64,000 bases of DNA, taken from Octopus vulgaris. Its lineage: Eukaryota. This document shows, in pieces, positions 12,461 through 26,371 of this stretch. Position numbers and translations under genes: made by a program. Position 1 is the stretch's first letter. Every line of letters starts with the position of its first letter. The notes below the pieces were generated by a model. The model saw nothing but the letters and a program-made list of their open reading frames with translations, did not search any database and had not been told where the DNA came from. The stretch is from assembly GCA_951406725.2 (NCBI GenBank), contig OX597831.1:46686001-46750000 (forward strand), in the 5' to 3' direction.

Positions 12461-12750
12461 AGACGCAGGCGTGGTTGTGCGATAAGAAGTTTCATTCCCA
12501 ACCACATGACAACTTGGGCAAGTATCTTCTACTATATCCTCGGGCCTACCTAAGTCTTGTGAGTGGATTTGGTGGACGGAAACTGAAAGAAGGCCGTTGT
12601 CTTAAAAAACAATTCCGCACATACAATAACAGCCATACCAAAAATTCAACACACCCCCATCATCAGCTGCCTCACGGATATCCCTGCGGTTTCGACATCT
12701 GAGCAGTACCATTCAATCCGACGGTGTCAAAAGCACTAAAATAAGTGTTG

Positions 12751-12802
<52 letters not shown>

Positions 12803-13050
12803 GACGGACTTCGTTATACATTATATGTGTATGTGTGTGTGTGTTTTTCCCCTCCAACACCGCCTGACAACCGATGGTGGTGTGTTTACATCCCCGTAAC
12901 TTTGTGGGTTCGGCAAAAGACACCGTTAGAATAAGTACTAGGCTTAAGAAATAAGTCCTGGGGTCGTTTTGTTCAACTAAAATCCTTCAAGACGGCGCTC
13001 CAGCATGGCCGCAGTCAAATGACTGAAACAAGTAAAGCAATGAAAGAATG
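12461..13050 (+). mobile_element. SINE family B interrupted by about 150 bp of foreign sequence (12600-12753)
   Basis: Head and 3' half of family B flank a non-SINE insert plus (TA)n. Confidence 0.8.
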
Positions 13051-13637
13051 TATTCTATGGGTAGTAAAATATTATAACTGTGTTATATACGGATTCTAAA
13101 ATAAGCAAGAGCAAGCCTAGCTTACTTCGAGTGCATGTTGCGTACACATTTACTCAGTCCAATCTATTTTTATCAAGATGGTAATTTTACTTAAACCTAT
13201 CAGGCTTTCCGACGCTTGATATTTTTGAGTTACGCAACCTTCCCTAAACTGATATCTCCTGGCAATGACTTTCACGCGCTTTGTAGTTATGATTGATAAC
13301 AACTAGGGACATTAAATATATATAAAATATTATTTGGGTCAGTCGCAATTAATGTAATCGATAATGGAAGCAAGAAAAACAGCGCCAGTAGAGCTCTTGA
13401 TTAAAAACTATATTTCTACAATGGTGATTTATCTATTGGAAAAATGTTATTACGCATCTATATGTTAGATAAAAAAATACACCAGAATTTGAACTTTGAC
13501 AGACCTTAATTTATTGAACAGATACGAATGATTTAGATAGTGCCCTCTTTTGACATCGGTTAGTAAACATAAAGTATTGATTACTGCCATTTCAGGTCAT
13601 TGTGAAATAAAATCTGTCTCAATGACTTTATTAATAT

Positions 13638-13830
13638 TGATTCCAAACTTTGGCACAAAGCCAGCAATTTAAGGTTTGGTGGTGGGTAACTCGATTATAT
13701 CAACCACAGAATTTAACTGGTACTTATTTTATCAACCCCGAAAAGTAAGGTCGACCTCGGCGGAATTTGAACTCAGAACGTAAAGACGGTGGAAATGTCG
13801 CTAACGATTCTTGCCATGTCACCGCCCTCG
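13638..13830 (-). mobile_element. SINE family A
   Basis: GGTCGACCTCGGCGGAATTTGAACTCAGAACGTAAAG. Confidence 0.85.
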
Positions 13831-14585
13831 GCGACTTTATTAATGTTAAAGCAATTAAAAGCTTAATTTTTCATTTTGAGAATTTTTTTACTTAAAATCA
13901 GAGAAAAAACACGTTATGCAATTAACTGGCCATTTTCACGTAGCTTTTATGTGAGCAGTTCGTCATTTTGCGAAGTTATACAATTAAAACTATGATGGTA
14001 TGCAAATAAGCGGAACCAGCTGAACCAAATTTGAATTTCAAAAGAGTTGTCGATTGATATTAGACTTCCCTTCCGTGAGATAAAATAATTTATTCCGCTT
14101 TGCCAACGTTTTCTATCACTATTCGTCGGTTAAGAGGCGTTACCATATCCAGTGGGGGTTATCTGAAGCGTGGTTATTGCTTATTGAAAACTATTTGTCA
14201 GTTAAGACCATCACGAATTTCCCCGTAGAGTTTCAATTTGACTAAACGTTTATTTGTATTGTTTTGAAGAGAATAAAAATGGCCGAGTTAATAACTAAAC
14301 TGTGTATCCTATCACTGATGAAGAATTTTGTCTGTGAATAAGTCACTTAGCTCCGAAATGGTCCAGTCTAACAACCTGAAAATTGGTGCTGCAGGATAAA
14401 AACATCTTAAAACTCGTGCAAAGAATCGCAGTACGGTTAATTTTAACGAATGCATCATTTTCTTAAAAGCTAGGTTTAAACTAATGAAATTTCAAGTAAT
14501 TACTGGATTATCTGACAACAGCTACCTCTAGCAAAAAATGCTCACATTTTATAAAATATCAATTTGTTCATCTTTTATAATAAGA

Positions 14586-14968
14586 CTAGCAGTATCGCCC
14601 GGCGTTGCTCAGGTTTGTAAGGGAAATAACTATAAAGCATTTTTAGAGAGTTATAGCCAAAAAATAGCAAAAAAATGGAAAAAAAATGATGGTAAATTTT
14701 TTTGAGAGTTAAAAAAGGTGGAGTTGCGTCCCCTAGACGGTCTGTGGTTTGGGTTTCTGATTGTCGACCCCATGTCGAATTTATCGATTTTTTTCAGAAC
14801 TGGGGGAACTTTTCAAAATTTTCGCTGCGTTAGTTTTGAATTATGACATTGGGCTATGTGTGTGTCAAGTTTCATCAGAATCGGTTGAAAGCCGTGGTCA
14901 GAGTGAGGGTACGAGAAAATAGACACACAGAAAACGCACAGACAAACTGCCGTTTATATAGAGAGAGA
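14586..14968 (-). mobile_element. Non-autonomous Helitron
   Basis: Minus strand A|TC start, subterminal GC hairpin, CTAG|T end, no TSD; 3' part matches 40449-40841. Confidence 0.85.
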
Positions 14969-15629
14969 TGCTTCAAAATTTATGAAGAAACATTCTATTA
15001 CATACAAACAACGAACTGCTCTCTAAAAACAGTAAAGCCAACTAAAATAATCCGTAGAATAACGGACAAAAGTCCTTGTCGTAATTTTATAGCGTTTTTT
15101 TATGTTTTAAGTTCAAGTGTTGCATAGGTCGACTTTTGCCTTGTTGATTTTTGCCTGTCATTCTTCCTATGTTAATAAAAGATGTATTAGTCAAGTACGG
15201 CTGCTTTGAATATAGTGACTATCCAAAATTTGTACCAGTATCAAGTCCTTTTTCTGCTTTTTAAAATGTGATTCTATTTTCTTCTTGATCCGTACAACAT
15301 CAGGAAACCCATGCATATTTTGTACTATTTCACCACAACTTTCTCTCACTCTTTCTTCCTACTTCTGCCACAAAGCAGAGAAACCATGGTGTAACCCACA
15401 ATGGTGTAGTAAACTTTCAGACCCTAGTCTAGATTGCGAATCCTCTGTAACCCAGGATGGTTCAGCTCTCCACCCGTTAAAAGCCACCGTGTACGGAATG
15501 AGGATAACAACGTAGCTTTCGCGCCCGTGCAACCGCCAGTCTATCGCGTGTGGTGGGTGGATCTTAGGAGCTTAGGGTAGGCTCAAATTACAGATTATTA
15601 TTTGTGGCTAACGGCGTGAGTCCTGATTG

Positions 15630-15714
15630 GAAGAAGAAGAAGAAGAAGAAGAAGAAGAAGAAGAAGAAGAAGAAGAAGAAGAAGAAGAAGAAGAAGAAGA
15701 AGAAGAAGAAGAAG
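15630..15714. repeat. (GAA)n tract
   Basis: Direct inspection. Confidence 0.97.
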
Positions 15715-15754
15715 ACAGTAACGACTACAGCAACAACAACTACAACAATAATCC

Positions 15755-16400
15755 TATCTACTATAGGCACAAGGCCTGAAATTTGGGGGAGGGTTATAAG
15801 TCGATTACATCGACCCCCAGTACTCAAATGGTACTTATTTTATCGACTCCGAAAGGATGAAAGGAAAAGTCGACCTCGGCGTAATTTGAACTCAGAACGT
15901 AGCGGCAGACGAAATACCGCTAACTATTTTCCCCGGCGTGCTAACGATTCTTATTTCTTTATTGCCCACAAGGGGCTAAACATAGAGGGGACAAACAATG
16001 ACAGACAAAGGGATTAAGTCGATTAGATCGATCCCAGAGCGTAAGTAGTATTTAATTTATCGACCCCGAAAGGATGAAAAGCAAAGTCGACCTCGGCGTA
16101 GTTTGAACTCAGAACGTAGCGGCAGACGAAATACCGCTAAGCATTTCGCCCGGCTTGCTAACGATTCTGCCAGCTCATCACGTTACTCTCTGCCACAATA
16201 ATAGTTTCTAAGTTAAGCACAGTGTGAACAGTTTTCATAGGAGGGAATTAGTCAACTACATCGACTAAACTACTTGAGTAGTACGTTATTTTATCGACCC
16301 CCGAGAAGATTAAAGGCAAATTTGACCTTGGCAAGATTTGAAGTCAGAACGTAAAATAGCGTTTTAAATACCGCAAAGCTTTTTCTCCGATGCTCTCACA
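15755..16400 (-). mobile_element. Cluster of three family-A SINEs (15755-15950, A2 15951-16180, diverged 16200-16400)
   Basis: Repeated family-A body and tail motifs. Confidence 0.85.
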
Positions 16401-16947
16401 ATTCTTTCCTCCTCTATCGATTTATTGGTAATCAACGAGACCGTGGTGAAATGTCAATCCTTAACAGAAGTTATTTCACAACACTTAGTCATTCTGAATG
16501 GTATGAGGAAAGCAAGCAATGAATATACCCCCTTTACATATTCCCTAAATATAGAAAATATTTTCATAACCAAAAGAATGAAACATATACGGATATTGAT
16601 TTATCAATAATATTCTCTCTTCTATAATACAGTTATAGAGGTTTTTGTTTTGTTGTTTTGTTATTTTTTTTTTACTAGTTGCCTGAAACTATAAAACTGA
16701 ATAAATAGTTTCTTACAACAATGACAAGAACCACGAGGAAATGGAGGAGACCGCGGCGATAACTCAATTCCACTCGCTTGAAAGAGCAGTCAACTCTCCC
16801 TCCCTTGAATAACATTCTGGTATATTCTTTTAACATATACTAATGTGTTTAATAGTCCGAAAAATATAATCGTATCAGCAACTGATTTCAGATATCTAGA
16901 TACTGAAACGCTATTTGTAAAGAAAGCTACACTGCATTTTAATAATG

Positions 16948-17082
16948 GCTTTAAATTTTGGCACAAGGCCGGCAATTTCGTGGGGCTGTGTAGGTCGATT
17001 ACATCGATCCCAGTGAAAGACGGACGAAATGTTGCAAAGCATTTTGTCCGGCGTGCTGACGATTCTGCTAGCTCAGCGTCTG
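16948..17082 (-). mobile_element. SINE family A with central deletion
   Basis: Tail AAATTTTGGCACAAGGCC joined to the head region. Confidence 0.75.
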
Positions 17083-17700
17083 CACTTAATAATTTGGGTT
17101 AATCACACATAAGATGCTTTTGGTCAAAGCCTTATCCAAGGCCACAACAGAGGTAATTATTGCAAGTTTATCATTAAAACAATGATATTATCACCATTCG
17201 ATTTTTTAAAAATAATTAACCGGATGATAAATATATAATAGACAAGTTAAAATAATAATCATTTAACATAATATCTTTATTACAGCTGTTTCTAGTAGTC
17301 ATTATAGAGCGAATAGCTCTGACAAGCGTTTCATTTCCATTGGTCTTTCAATTCATCTCAATTGATTAATAGACGAATTAAGTAAACCTATCTATAATGA
17401 CTACTGGAAACAACTGTGAGCCAAATTTGCTCTAACAATAGAATTATATGTAATGACCTTCTATTGTTTCTTAAATATCATTCTGTAAAAATCAGTTTAT
17501 CTGAAGCTCATCCACGGATTTACAATATAGAATTGTAATGAACCATAATTTGGGACCCTACCAAAAGATTACTCGGAGTTCTTTATTAATCTAAGTAATA
17601 TTGTTAGCCTAGTGTGCCAACAGAGAGCTTATGGACTATTTTTCCCAGATTAATAACACCCCTCACTATTTCTCTCTCTCTCTCTCTCTGTATATATGTA

Positions 17701-17780
<80 letters not shown>

Positions 17781-17785
17781 CATAC

Positions 17786-17842
<57 letters not shown>

Positions 17843-17850
17843 AATATATA

Positions 17851-19032
17851 CATAGACATGACAAAAGTAAATAGACACCCCATAAAACATCGTTTTATGC
17901 TTATTCTAGCTTGTAAATGTTTATAATTTTATTAACTGAGATTTTTATGTTTCAGGTTCTATATGTGACTGTTTAATCATGTCATGTACAAAAGAAACCT
18001 TGGAACTCTTTGAATTTCAAAGAGGCTTACTGTGGGTCATTCTGAAGGTGGACATAGCGTAAAATCACAGAAAACCTTGGGATCCCCCTTTCTACAGTTA
18101 ACAGAGTGATTGCGCAATTCAGCAGAGAAGGAAAGAAGTCCACTCCACCTCGCCCAGATCAACCAGGTCCCTCTGACAGGACCCTTCTCTTTGATAAGAG
18201 AAGTGTGGAGAATAATCTTCATTGCAAGGCCTCTGACATGGCAGAACAAGTTGATGTCAGTCCCATAACAGCTGTCAGGTATCTCCACAAACTTGGTTAC
18301 TGTGGCAGAGCAGCAAGATAGAAGTCACTTCTTCGACCAGCCAACATCAAGCGGAGAAAAGATTGGACCAGTGAGTTGATGGAGAGGCCACTAGCATTTT
18401 GGGACACTGTTATATTCTCTGAAGAGGCCAGATTTGCTGTATTCCCTGACCGTGGTCGAGTGTGGGTCGGGAGAATCTGTAATTAAGAATTTGATGTGAA
18501 AAGATTACGGCCAACAATGAAACACGGCAGCTATTCCGTGATGGTCTAGGGAGGGATTTGGAGCGATGGCTGATCAGAGCTGGTGGCGTGTGAGGGAAAC
18601 ATAAACTCAGATAAATATGTGTCCATATTGCAGAAAGGTTTCCTTCAAATCTTCTCCAGTATTGAAAGGATTAAAGAAGACTATTTATGGAAGAAGGGGA
18701 TTTTTTTCACACGGCTAAAATGACCCAAAATATGTTGGAAAATAATCGCATTAAATAGCATCCATGGCCAAGCCAGTCACCAGATATGAACAATAAAGCA
18801 TCTTCAAAGCCAGATCTTTTGAGATTACTGCATGAAACTTGGCAAGAAATTCCGCAACAGAATATTCCTCATCTGATCAGTAACATGCCTAATAGGGTCC
18901 TTGTATTGAAAATTGTAAAGGATATTAAATATTCTCATTATAACAATTAATAAATAATTTGAATGTATAATTTCAGATTTAAATAAATTTAAATGATTAT
19001 AATGGTGTCTATTTGCTTCACTCATGTCTGTG
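17851..19032 (+). mobile_element. Decayed Tc1-like transposon with transposase pseudogene
   Basis: 29-bp imperfect TIRs (CATAGACATGACAAAAGTAAATAGACACC, 5 mismatches); motifs WDTVIFSEEARF, PTMKHGSYSVMV, EGNINSDKYVSIL, WPSQSPDMN with stops and frameshifts. Confidence 0.9.
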
Positions 19033-19093
19033 TGTATGTATGTGTGTGTATATATATATATGCACACATAAATATATTCACGTGCACACACAG

Positions 19094-19161
<68 letters not shown>

Positions 19162-19283
19162 TTACACACACACATGTATATATGTATATATATATATATA
19201 TATATATAAATATATATATATAATAACAATTTAACAAATAAAACATATGCATACATACATACATATATGTACATACCTACATC

Positions 19284-19336
<53 letters not shown>

Positions 19337-19349
19337 TTATTTATGCACC

Positions 19350-19737
<388 letters not shown>

Positions 19738-19749
19738 ACATATATTTAT

Positions 19750-20200
19750 ATATAATTCTCACACATAAGCAAGTTTCTCCCTTTGTGCATGGGTACATAT
19801 TCTGCTGTGCCCCTATCTGATGTTCACTCTTCCTCTCTTTCCAGATCTTGCAGCAGAGGTTGCGGAGTATTCGTATGAAACTCTTTCCTGCACCCCTTAT
19901 CAATTGAACCGCCACTGCATCTAAACCTTGTGCTTTCCTGGGTTTTTTTTTCTAATCTTTTTCAAGGCTCCTTCTTAGTAGTTCACATAGTTTCTCATAT
20001 CCTATTTTCTATCTAACCTCTAAGAGTTTCTGATATCTTAAATCTGTGTCAACCACGGCGGCCATTGAGTCACTTCCATTCAATTTCTTGGTGGACTCTA
20101 ACCATCTTTGCTTCACTTATTGCACTGCTCTTAGGTCTAATCCCTCTTGTAATTTGATACTCCCCGTCTTTTCTGTTTACTCTCCTTCCTCGAAATTGTC
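19750..20200 (-). mobile_element. Decayed RTE-like LINE ORF fragment (pre-RT region)
   Basis: KAQGLDAVAVQLIRGAG...ILRNLCCKIWKE...CENY resembles KAPG.D...EL...L..LC.KIW....CENYR. Confidence 0.7.
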
Positions 20201-20726
20201 TTATTCTCTTTTTATGGATTATATCTGTAGCATTAAGTGGATGAAAAAGAAAATCATGGATAGCATAGAAGAGGAATATATGTAAGTATTGCAAATCAAA
20301 ATCCCTCATATTTCCAGCAATCCCAATGAATGATGAACTATAATACCTCTCACAGTACCTATTTGGGCCTAGAGCACCTCTTTGATGAAAGCTAAGTGCA
20401 CTGGTTAAGGATTTCAATAGCGATAGTCCCGGAATCCATAACTTCATTATCTAATACCCTTATTTTTTCTTTCATTTATCGTCTGAGTAATATATAGCAT
20501 TTATTAGCTTCCGGTAAAAGAACACGTACAGTACATACAAGTGTAGAAACACACATATATACCGACATACAAGAATCTATATGTAGTACAAAGCATAGGT
20601 GTTTAAATATAATCCAAAGCTATATTAGAAAGACTACATTGAAGTTATATTTATTTTCATATTAACACACACGCACCTACACATGCATTTAAACATACAT
20701 ATCTACGTCATATAAGTATATACATA

Positions 20727-21597
20727 CGTGCTCTGATCAATAAGATCAAACTATGTTGCCATAGTAACGAAGCTAAAGCACGCATAATAAATCCACTTGG
20801 CACAGATTGACCTTGAACTCTGCTCTGTATGCTCACTAAGTTTCAACATTCTAGCTCACTCCCGCTGTTTACAGCAGTTCTTGGAAGGAAGGTGTGTAGC
20901 GTGCGATCGTCGTATTGACCATGACAGAGGAAGTTGAGCAGAGAATCTGCATCAAATTTTGCCAAAAGCTTGGTGATACCTGCTCAGAGGCCTACGCAAA
21001 GATTCAAAAGTTTTCATCGTTCTCGACACAATCAAAGAAATCTTGTGCAACTGAAGCCCGAGTGTCTTTTTGGTCAGCTGAAAGCAGTTTTCGTAGAGAT
21101 TTGGCAGACACTCGTTTCATACCCAAATCTTCAATGATAATAGACTGAACTGAACCGTAACTAATCTGCACATCCTCTGATAACTCACGGATGGTGATTC
21201 GACGATTTCCCCTTATAGCTGCATGCACATCTGTGATGTTTTTCTCAGTTCTGCTAGTTGCGTGTCTCTCAGAACGTTCGTCACTATCGACATTTTTTCG
21301 GCCATCTTGGAAACGTCTGAACCACTCGTACACATGTGTGCGGCTCATACACTCCACTCCATACACTTTCTGCAACTTTGCGTAGGCTTCTGAGCAGGTA
21401 TCCCCATGACAACTTTCTCTGTCATGGACAATGCGACGATCACATGCTACACGCCTTCCTCCAGGGCACTGCTAGAACATTAAACGTAGTGCACATGCAC
21501 AACTGAGTTCAAGATAAATTGTGCCAAGCGGCTTTACTATGCGTACTTTAGCTTCATTACTATGGCAACAATCCGGATACTTAATGATCAGACCTCG
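20727..21597. mobile_element. Foldback mariner derivative (two 5' ends head-to-head)
   Basis: TA-flanked; plus strand encodes MTEEVEQRICIKFCQKLGDTCSEAYAK; minus strand encodes the homologous N-terminus through VYEWFRRFQDG...RRITIRELSEDVQISYGSVQSII; no catalytic domain. Confidence 0.88.
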
Positions 21598-21834
21598 TAC
21601 ATATATATATATATATATGTACGTATATAAGCATATATCACGATATATATATGTGTATACATTATACAGACATACAATATATACATAAAATATACAAATC
21701 TGCGCATACATACATACAAAAATACCCTGTTGTTGATGACGAAATTCCAATGAAGGAGCCTTGGATCTAGGTTAGAAACCGGTTCTTTCTATATTGGCAA
21801 GAAATCTTAAAATAAACTGAATAATGACATACAT

Positions 21835-22000
21835 TAGGCGTAGGAATGGCTGTGTGGTAAGTAGCTTGCTTATGAACCACATGGTTCTGGGTTCAGTCCC
21901 ACTGCGTGGCACCTTAGGCAAGTGTCTTCTACTATAGCCTCGGGCCAACCAAAGCCTTGTGAGTGAATTTGGTAGACGGAAAATAAAAGAAGCCCGTCTA

Positions 22001-22056
<56 letters not shown>

Positions 22057-22284
22057 CTGTGTGTGTATGTGTTTGCGTGTCTTTGTTTGTTCCCCCCAAC
22101 ATCGCTTGACAACCGATGCTGGTGTGTTTACGTCCCCGTAACTTAGCGGTTCGGCAAAAGAGACCGATAAAATAAGTACTAAGCTTACAAAGACTAAGTC
22201 CTGGGGTCGATATGCTCAACTAAAGGCGGTGCTCCAGCATGGCCGCAGTCAAATGACTGAAACAAGTAAAAGAGTAAAAGAGTA
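21835..22284 (+). mobile_element. SINE family B, full length
   Basis: Head TGGCTGTGTGG/GGGTTCAGTCCC, CORE-like CCTTAGGCAAGTGTCTT, internal (TA)n, tail GTAAAAGAGTAAAAGAGT. Confidence 0.92.
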
Positions 22285-22650
22285 CACACATACTTTAACA
22301 TATCCATGCATGCATGCAGGTATGTATGTATAAATGAATAAAATCTAAGTCGTATAGGCTTTCACAATAGCATACAATTAATTCTGCTCACACATTCAGT
22401 TTTATTCAGCTAGAAAATTAGAGAATAGTTGCTCGGAGGAAGGTCGGTATCGTCTATGGGCTAGCGCCCTGTCCCAAAGAAATTTTATTTGATCAGCTTA
22501 ACGCTATATAAACATGACATAAGCGCCAACTCTTTGGATTTTTAGATGCACACACACACGCACGCACACACACACACACACGCACACACACGCACACACA
22601 CACACGCACATACACACACACGCACGCACACACACACACACACACACATA

Positions 22651-22685
<35 letters not shown>

Positions 22686-23542
22686 GCGCTTAGCAGTTAG
22701 AAACCGAGAAAGAAAGAAACCAGTAATAAAGTAAGGCGGTCTTAATTAGGTTTCACAAGCACAGAAAATATACACCACTAGTCTCCCACCCAGCCAGCTC
22801 TCTTCCCCTCGCATTATTTCATTACAAATTTCGTTAAAGTATTTCCTTTGCTCTTTAAGTGTCTCTATATGATTACACAGTCAGTCAATGGCGGCTGGAA
22901 TAAACTACAAATCACGAAACCGAATATAATTATATTATGAATGTATAGGATAACAAGTTTCCATAAACAATGTATCCACACGGATAATGGAGCAATTAAA
23001 ATGAACAGTGGTTGACGAACAGTAGAAATATTTTCCAGTAGGTTCTACAAAGGACGGCTAGACCATAATAATAAGGAAAAATAGGAAAGAAAAACAAGAA
23101 GGAAGGGCAAGTAATGAAAAGCTGACAGCTGATCGATTGCTAGCTAAACATTTCAAATTAAAGTCGAAATAAAATAAAAATAAAAAGTCTGTCTTACGTA
23201 TTCATAGCGGAGCCAATGTGAAACTGAAATAAACCAGCGTTGAGTTAAAACAAACAAATGAGTTGAAAAGAGTTAGATCGCCACAAGCTAAACTGTATTG
23301 TTATGGTTGTGACTGAAGAGTGGCAGCTATAAAATATGTCGAAGTCACTCTACACTGCTTGGAATTTTGATTAATTGTTTGCTTCACTTTAGTCAAGCAG
23401 TTTCTACCAGTTTATGATGAATAAAGAAGTGTGCTGGCCGTTTAAAATCGATATCGTATCGGATTACCATTCGATAGGTCGACATTTCGTATCACGTCAC
23501 TGGAGCGTTTGTCTAACTTTGTGGTTTTCAATTCGGGGGTCC

Positions 23543-23716
23543 ATAGGCGCAGGAGTGGCTGTGTGGTAAGTAGCTTGTTTACCAAACACATGGTTCTGGG
23601 TTCAGTCCCACTGCTTGGCACCTTGGGTAAGTGTCTTCTACTATAGCCTCGGGCCGACCAAAGCCTTGTGACTGGATTTGGTAGACGGAAAATGAAAGAA
23701 GCCCGCCGTATATATG

Positions 23717-23788
<72 letters not shown>

Positions 23789-23986
23789 TGCGTTTGTGTA
23801 CCTCCAAAATCACTTGAAAACCAATGTTGGTGTGTTTACGTCCCCGTAACTTAGCGGTTCGGCAAAAGAGACCGATAGAAGAAGTACTAGGCTTACAAAG
23901 AATAAATCCAGGGGTCGATTTGTTCGCCTAAAGGCGGTGCTCCAGCATGGCCGCAGTCAAATGACTGAAACAAGTAAAAGAGAGTA
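23543..23986 (+). mobile_element. SINE family B, full length
   Basis: Same consensus, internal (TG)n. Confidence 0.92.
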
Positions 23987-25024
23987 CGGCTCCAGGTGTG
24001 GAGGGGCATATGATATTTTTAGCGGTCCACACAAGCAAAACAGGGAATTGGAGAAGCACAGTAGTATTCTAGGGGTCCACGAAAAGAATTCTGCTTTAGA
24101 TGCATTTATTGCAAGAATCATCTGGGTTTCTTTTTCTAACTTTATTCATAGTTTGAAGTACACAGGAGAACGTGCGAAGAAGCAAAATAGGAATTTTGAA
24201 AGAAGTATCTATAAAATTAGATTCTAAACATCGAATGATTTTGGGGTGAGTGAGGGTTCCACCAGAATCGTCATCAAAAGGGTCGATAGGTAAAAAAAAA
24301 ATAGTCGGCGCTAATCATCATTTCAATACTTTATATTAAGATCAAGTGCACTATTTATCAATGAATGTCAAGGGTACAGGCCCGTTAGCTGCATATGTTA
24401 TAGAAAAGTCAGGGTCACAACTTAGCATTTCATTGAACTATTTAGAGATTTTGGGTACCACTTATCAGTCGAGTCTATCAAACGAGAGCCGTGTGCACTT
24501 CTTATCAACTGAATATATTAAAAGAAGTACATGAACAATATCTGTCATTTTGATATATAATACAAAAGATGCTGTGGAATGTCATATATGCCAGACAGCC
24601 TAACAATTTGCCAGATGTTATTTAATTAAATCTGTATGTGTCCCCATTTCAAATTTTACTGAGAAAGCTTTTATCTTTCAACTCAATGGGATTGACTGAA
24701 TATATATCAGTTAAGTACTGATTTGGGGGTGATCTAACAGAAAAACTAGAGGTGGTATAATGGGTTCTACCCTCACAAATCATTTACAGAATCGTGGCTT
24801 TTTAAAATTTTATCGTTAATCGCATTAGGATTAGCATAATCGGAAGGCCGATAAACAAACTCATATGATATTTACTTGCCTTCTTGCAGAATAAAATGAT
24901 ATCACCATACTCCTTTCTGTCTTCCATTTATTTCTTCCTCCTCTCTTTTATCTATTCTTCATGGTTTGGTTGTGTCAACCGATAAAATGAACCATCACTC
25001 GGGTATTTCTTTCATTTCTTTCAT

Positions 25025-25245
25025 TTCTTTTACTTTCACTTGTTTCATTCATTAGACTGCGGCAGTGCTGAAGCACCGCCTTTAGTCGAACAAATCGACT
25101 CCCAAGACTCATTATTTGTAAGCTAGTACTTCTTCTATCGGTCTCTGTTGCCGAACCTCTAAATTACGGGGAGGTAGACACGCTGACATTGGTTGTCAAG
25201 CAATGGTGGTGGTGGTAGTGGGCAAACACAGACACAAATACATAC
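25025..25245 (-). mobile_element. SINE family B, 3' half
   Basis: Reverse complement of the family-B 3' body. Confidence 0.75.
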
Positions 25246-25809
25246 ATACTAGTGAGGTAGGGAGAATAGAGACTTTTAATGCCCTTAACCATTTAACAGC
25301 CATAATCCTTCAGCCTACTAACTTTAGCTAAAATACATTCAAATGTACCAAAGTTAAATTGCTCATAAAAGGGTAGGATTTATGGCTCTGCCATTTGAAC
25401 TACCCCTTCCTCTATCTATAAATAGAAAAATTCTTGATTGTATCCACTGAACTTAATAAAACCCCTCCCCATTGGTAAATCTAAATAACAAAGTGAACTC
25501 AGTAATAAAAAATCTGTCCATGAAGAAAGATCTTCTACTACCATGTTCTTACTGTTGAAATTCACCGCTCTGTCTATATACCTACCTTCTTTGTAATGTT
25601 AGCAAATGAAATAAGTAAAAAAATGAACATTGTCAATTTAATTTAAAAAATCCATATGTGGCTGAAGAGTGCTCTACATTTTAAAACTGATGTAATACTT
25701 ACATTGTTTAATTAAATGAAGTAGCATGAAACTATTATATTACACTACCTTTGGATATCCTTGTTGCTTATTTTGATTATAAACATATATATATATATAT
25801 AAACATATA

Positions 25810-26236
25810 TAGGCGCAGGAGTGGCTGTGTGGTAAGTAGCTTGCTAACCAACCACATGGTTCCGGGTTCAGTCCCACTGCGTGGCATCTCGGGCAAATGT
25901 CTTCTGCTATAGCCCCGGGCCGACCAATGCCTTGTGAGTGAATTTGGTAGACGGAAACTGAAAGAAGCCTGTCGTATATATGCATATATATATATATGTG
26001 TGTGTGTGTGTATGTGTGTGTGTTTGTGTGTGTGTGTTTGTCCCGCTATCATTGCTTGACAACCGATGCTGGTGTGTTTACGTCCCCGTCACTTAGTGGT
26101 TCGGCAAAAAAGACCGATAGAATAAGTACTGGGCTTACAAAGAATAAGTCCCGGGGTCGATTTGCACGACTAAAGGCGGTGCTCCAGCATGGCCGCAGTC
26201 AAATGACTGAAACAAGTAAAGGAGTAAAGAGTAAAA

Positions 26237-26240
<4 letters not shown>
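25810..26240 (+). mobile_element. SINE family B, full length
   Basis: Same consensus. Confidence 0.92.
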
Positions 26241-26283
<43 letters not shown>

Positions 26284-26314
26284 TATATATGTTTATATAT
26301 ATATATATATATAT

Positions 26315-26364
<50 letters not shown>

Positions 26365-26371
<7 letters not shown>

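Noticed and set aside
20070-20447. 125-aa ORF as a gene
   Set aside because: Overlaps a decayed RTE-like LINE and has no recognisable domain
21740-21790. CCAATGA...GAAACCGGTT hammerhead-like motif
   Set aside because: Core is doubly mutated and stem I is absent; at most a decayed PLE end
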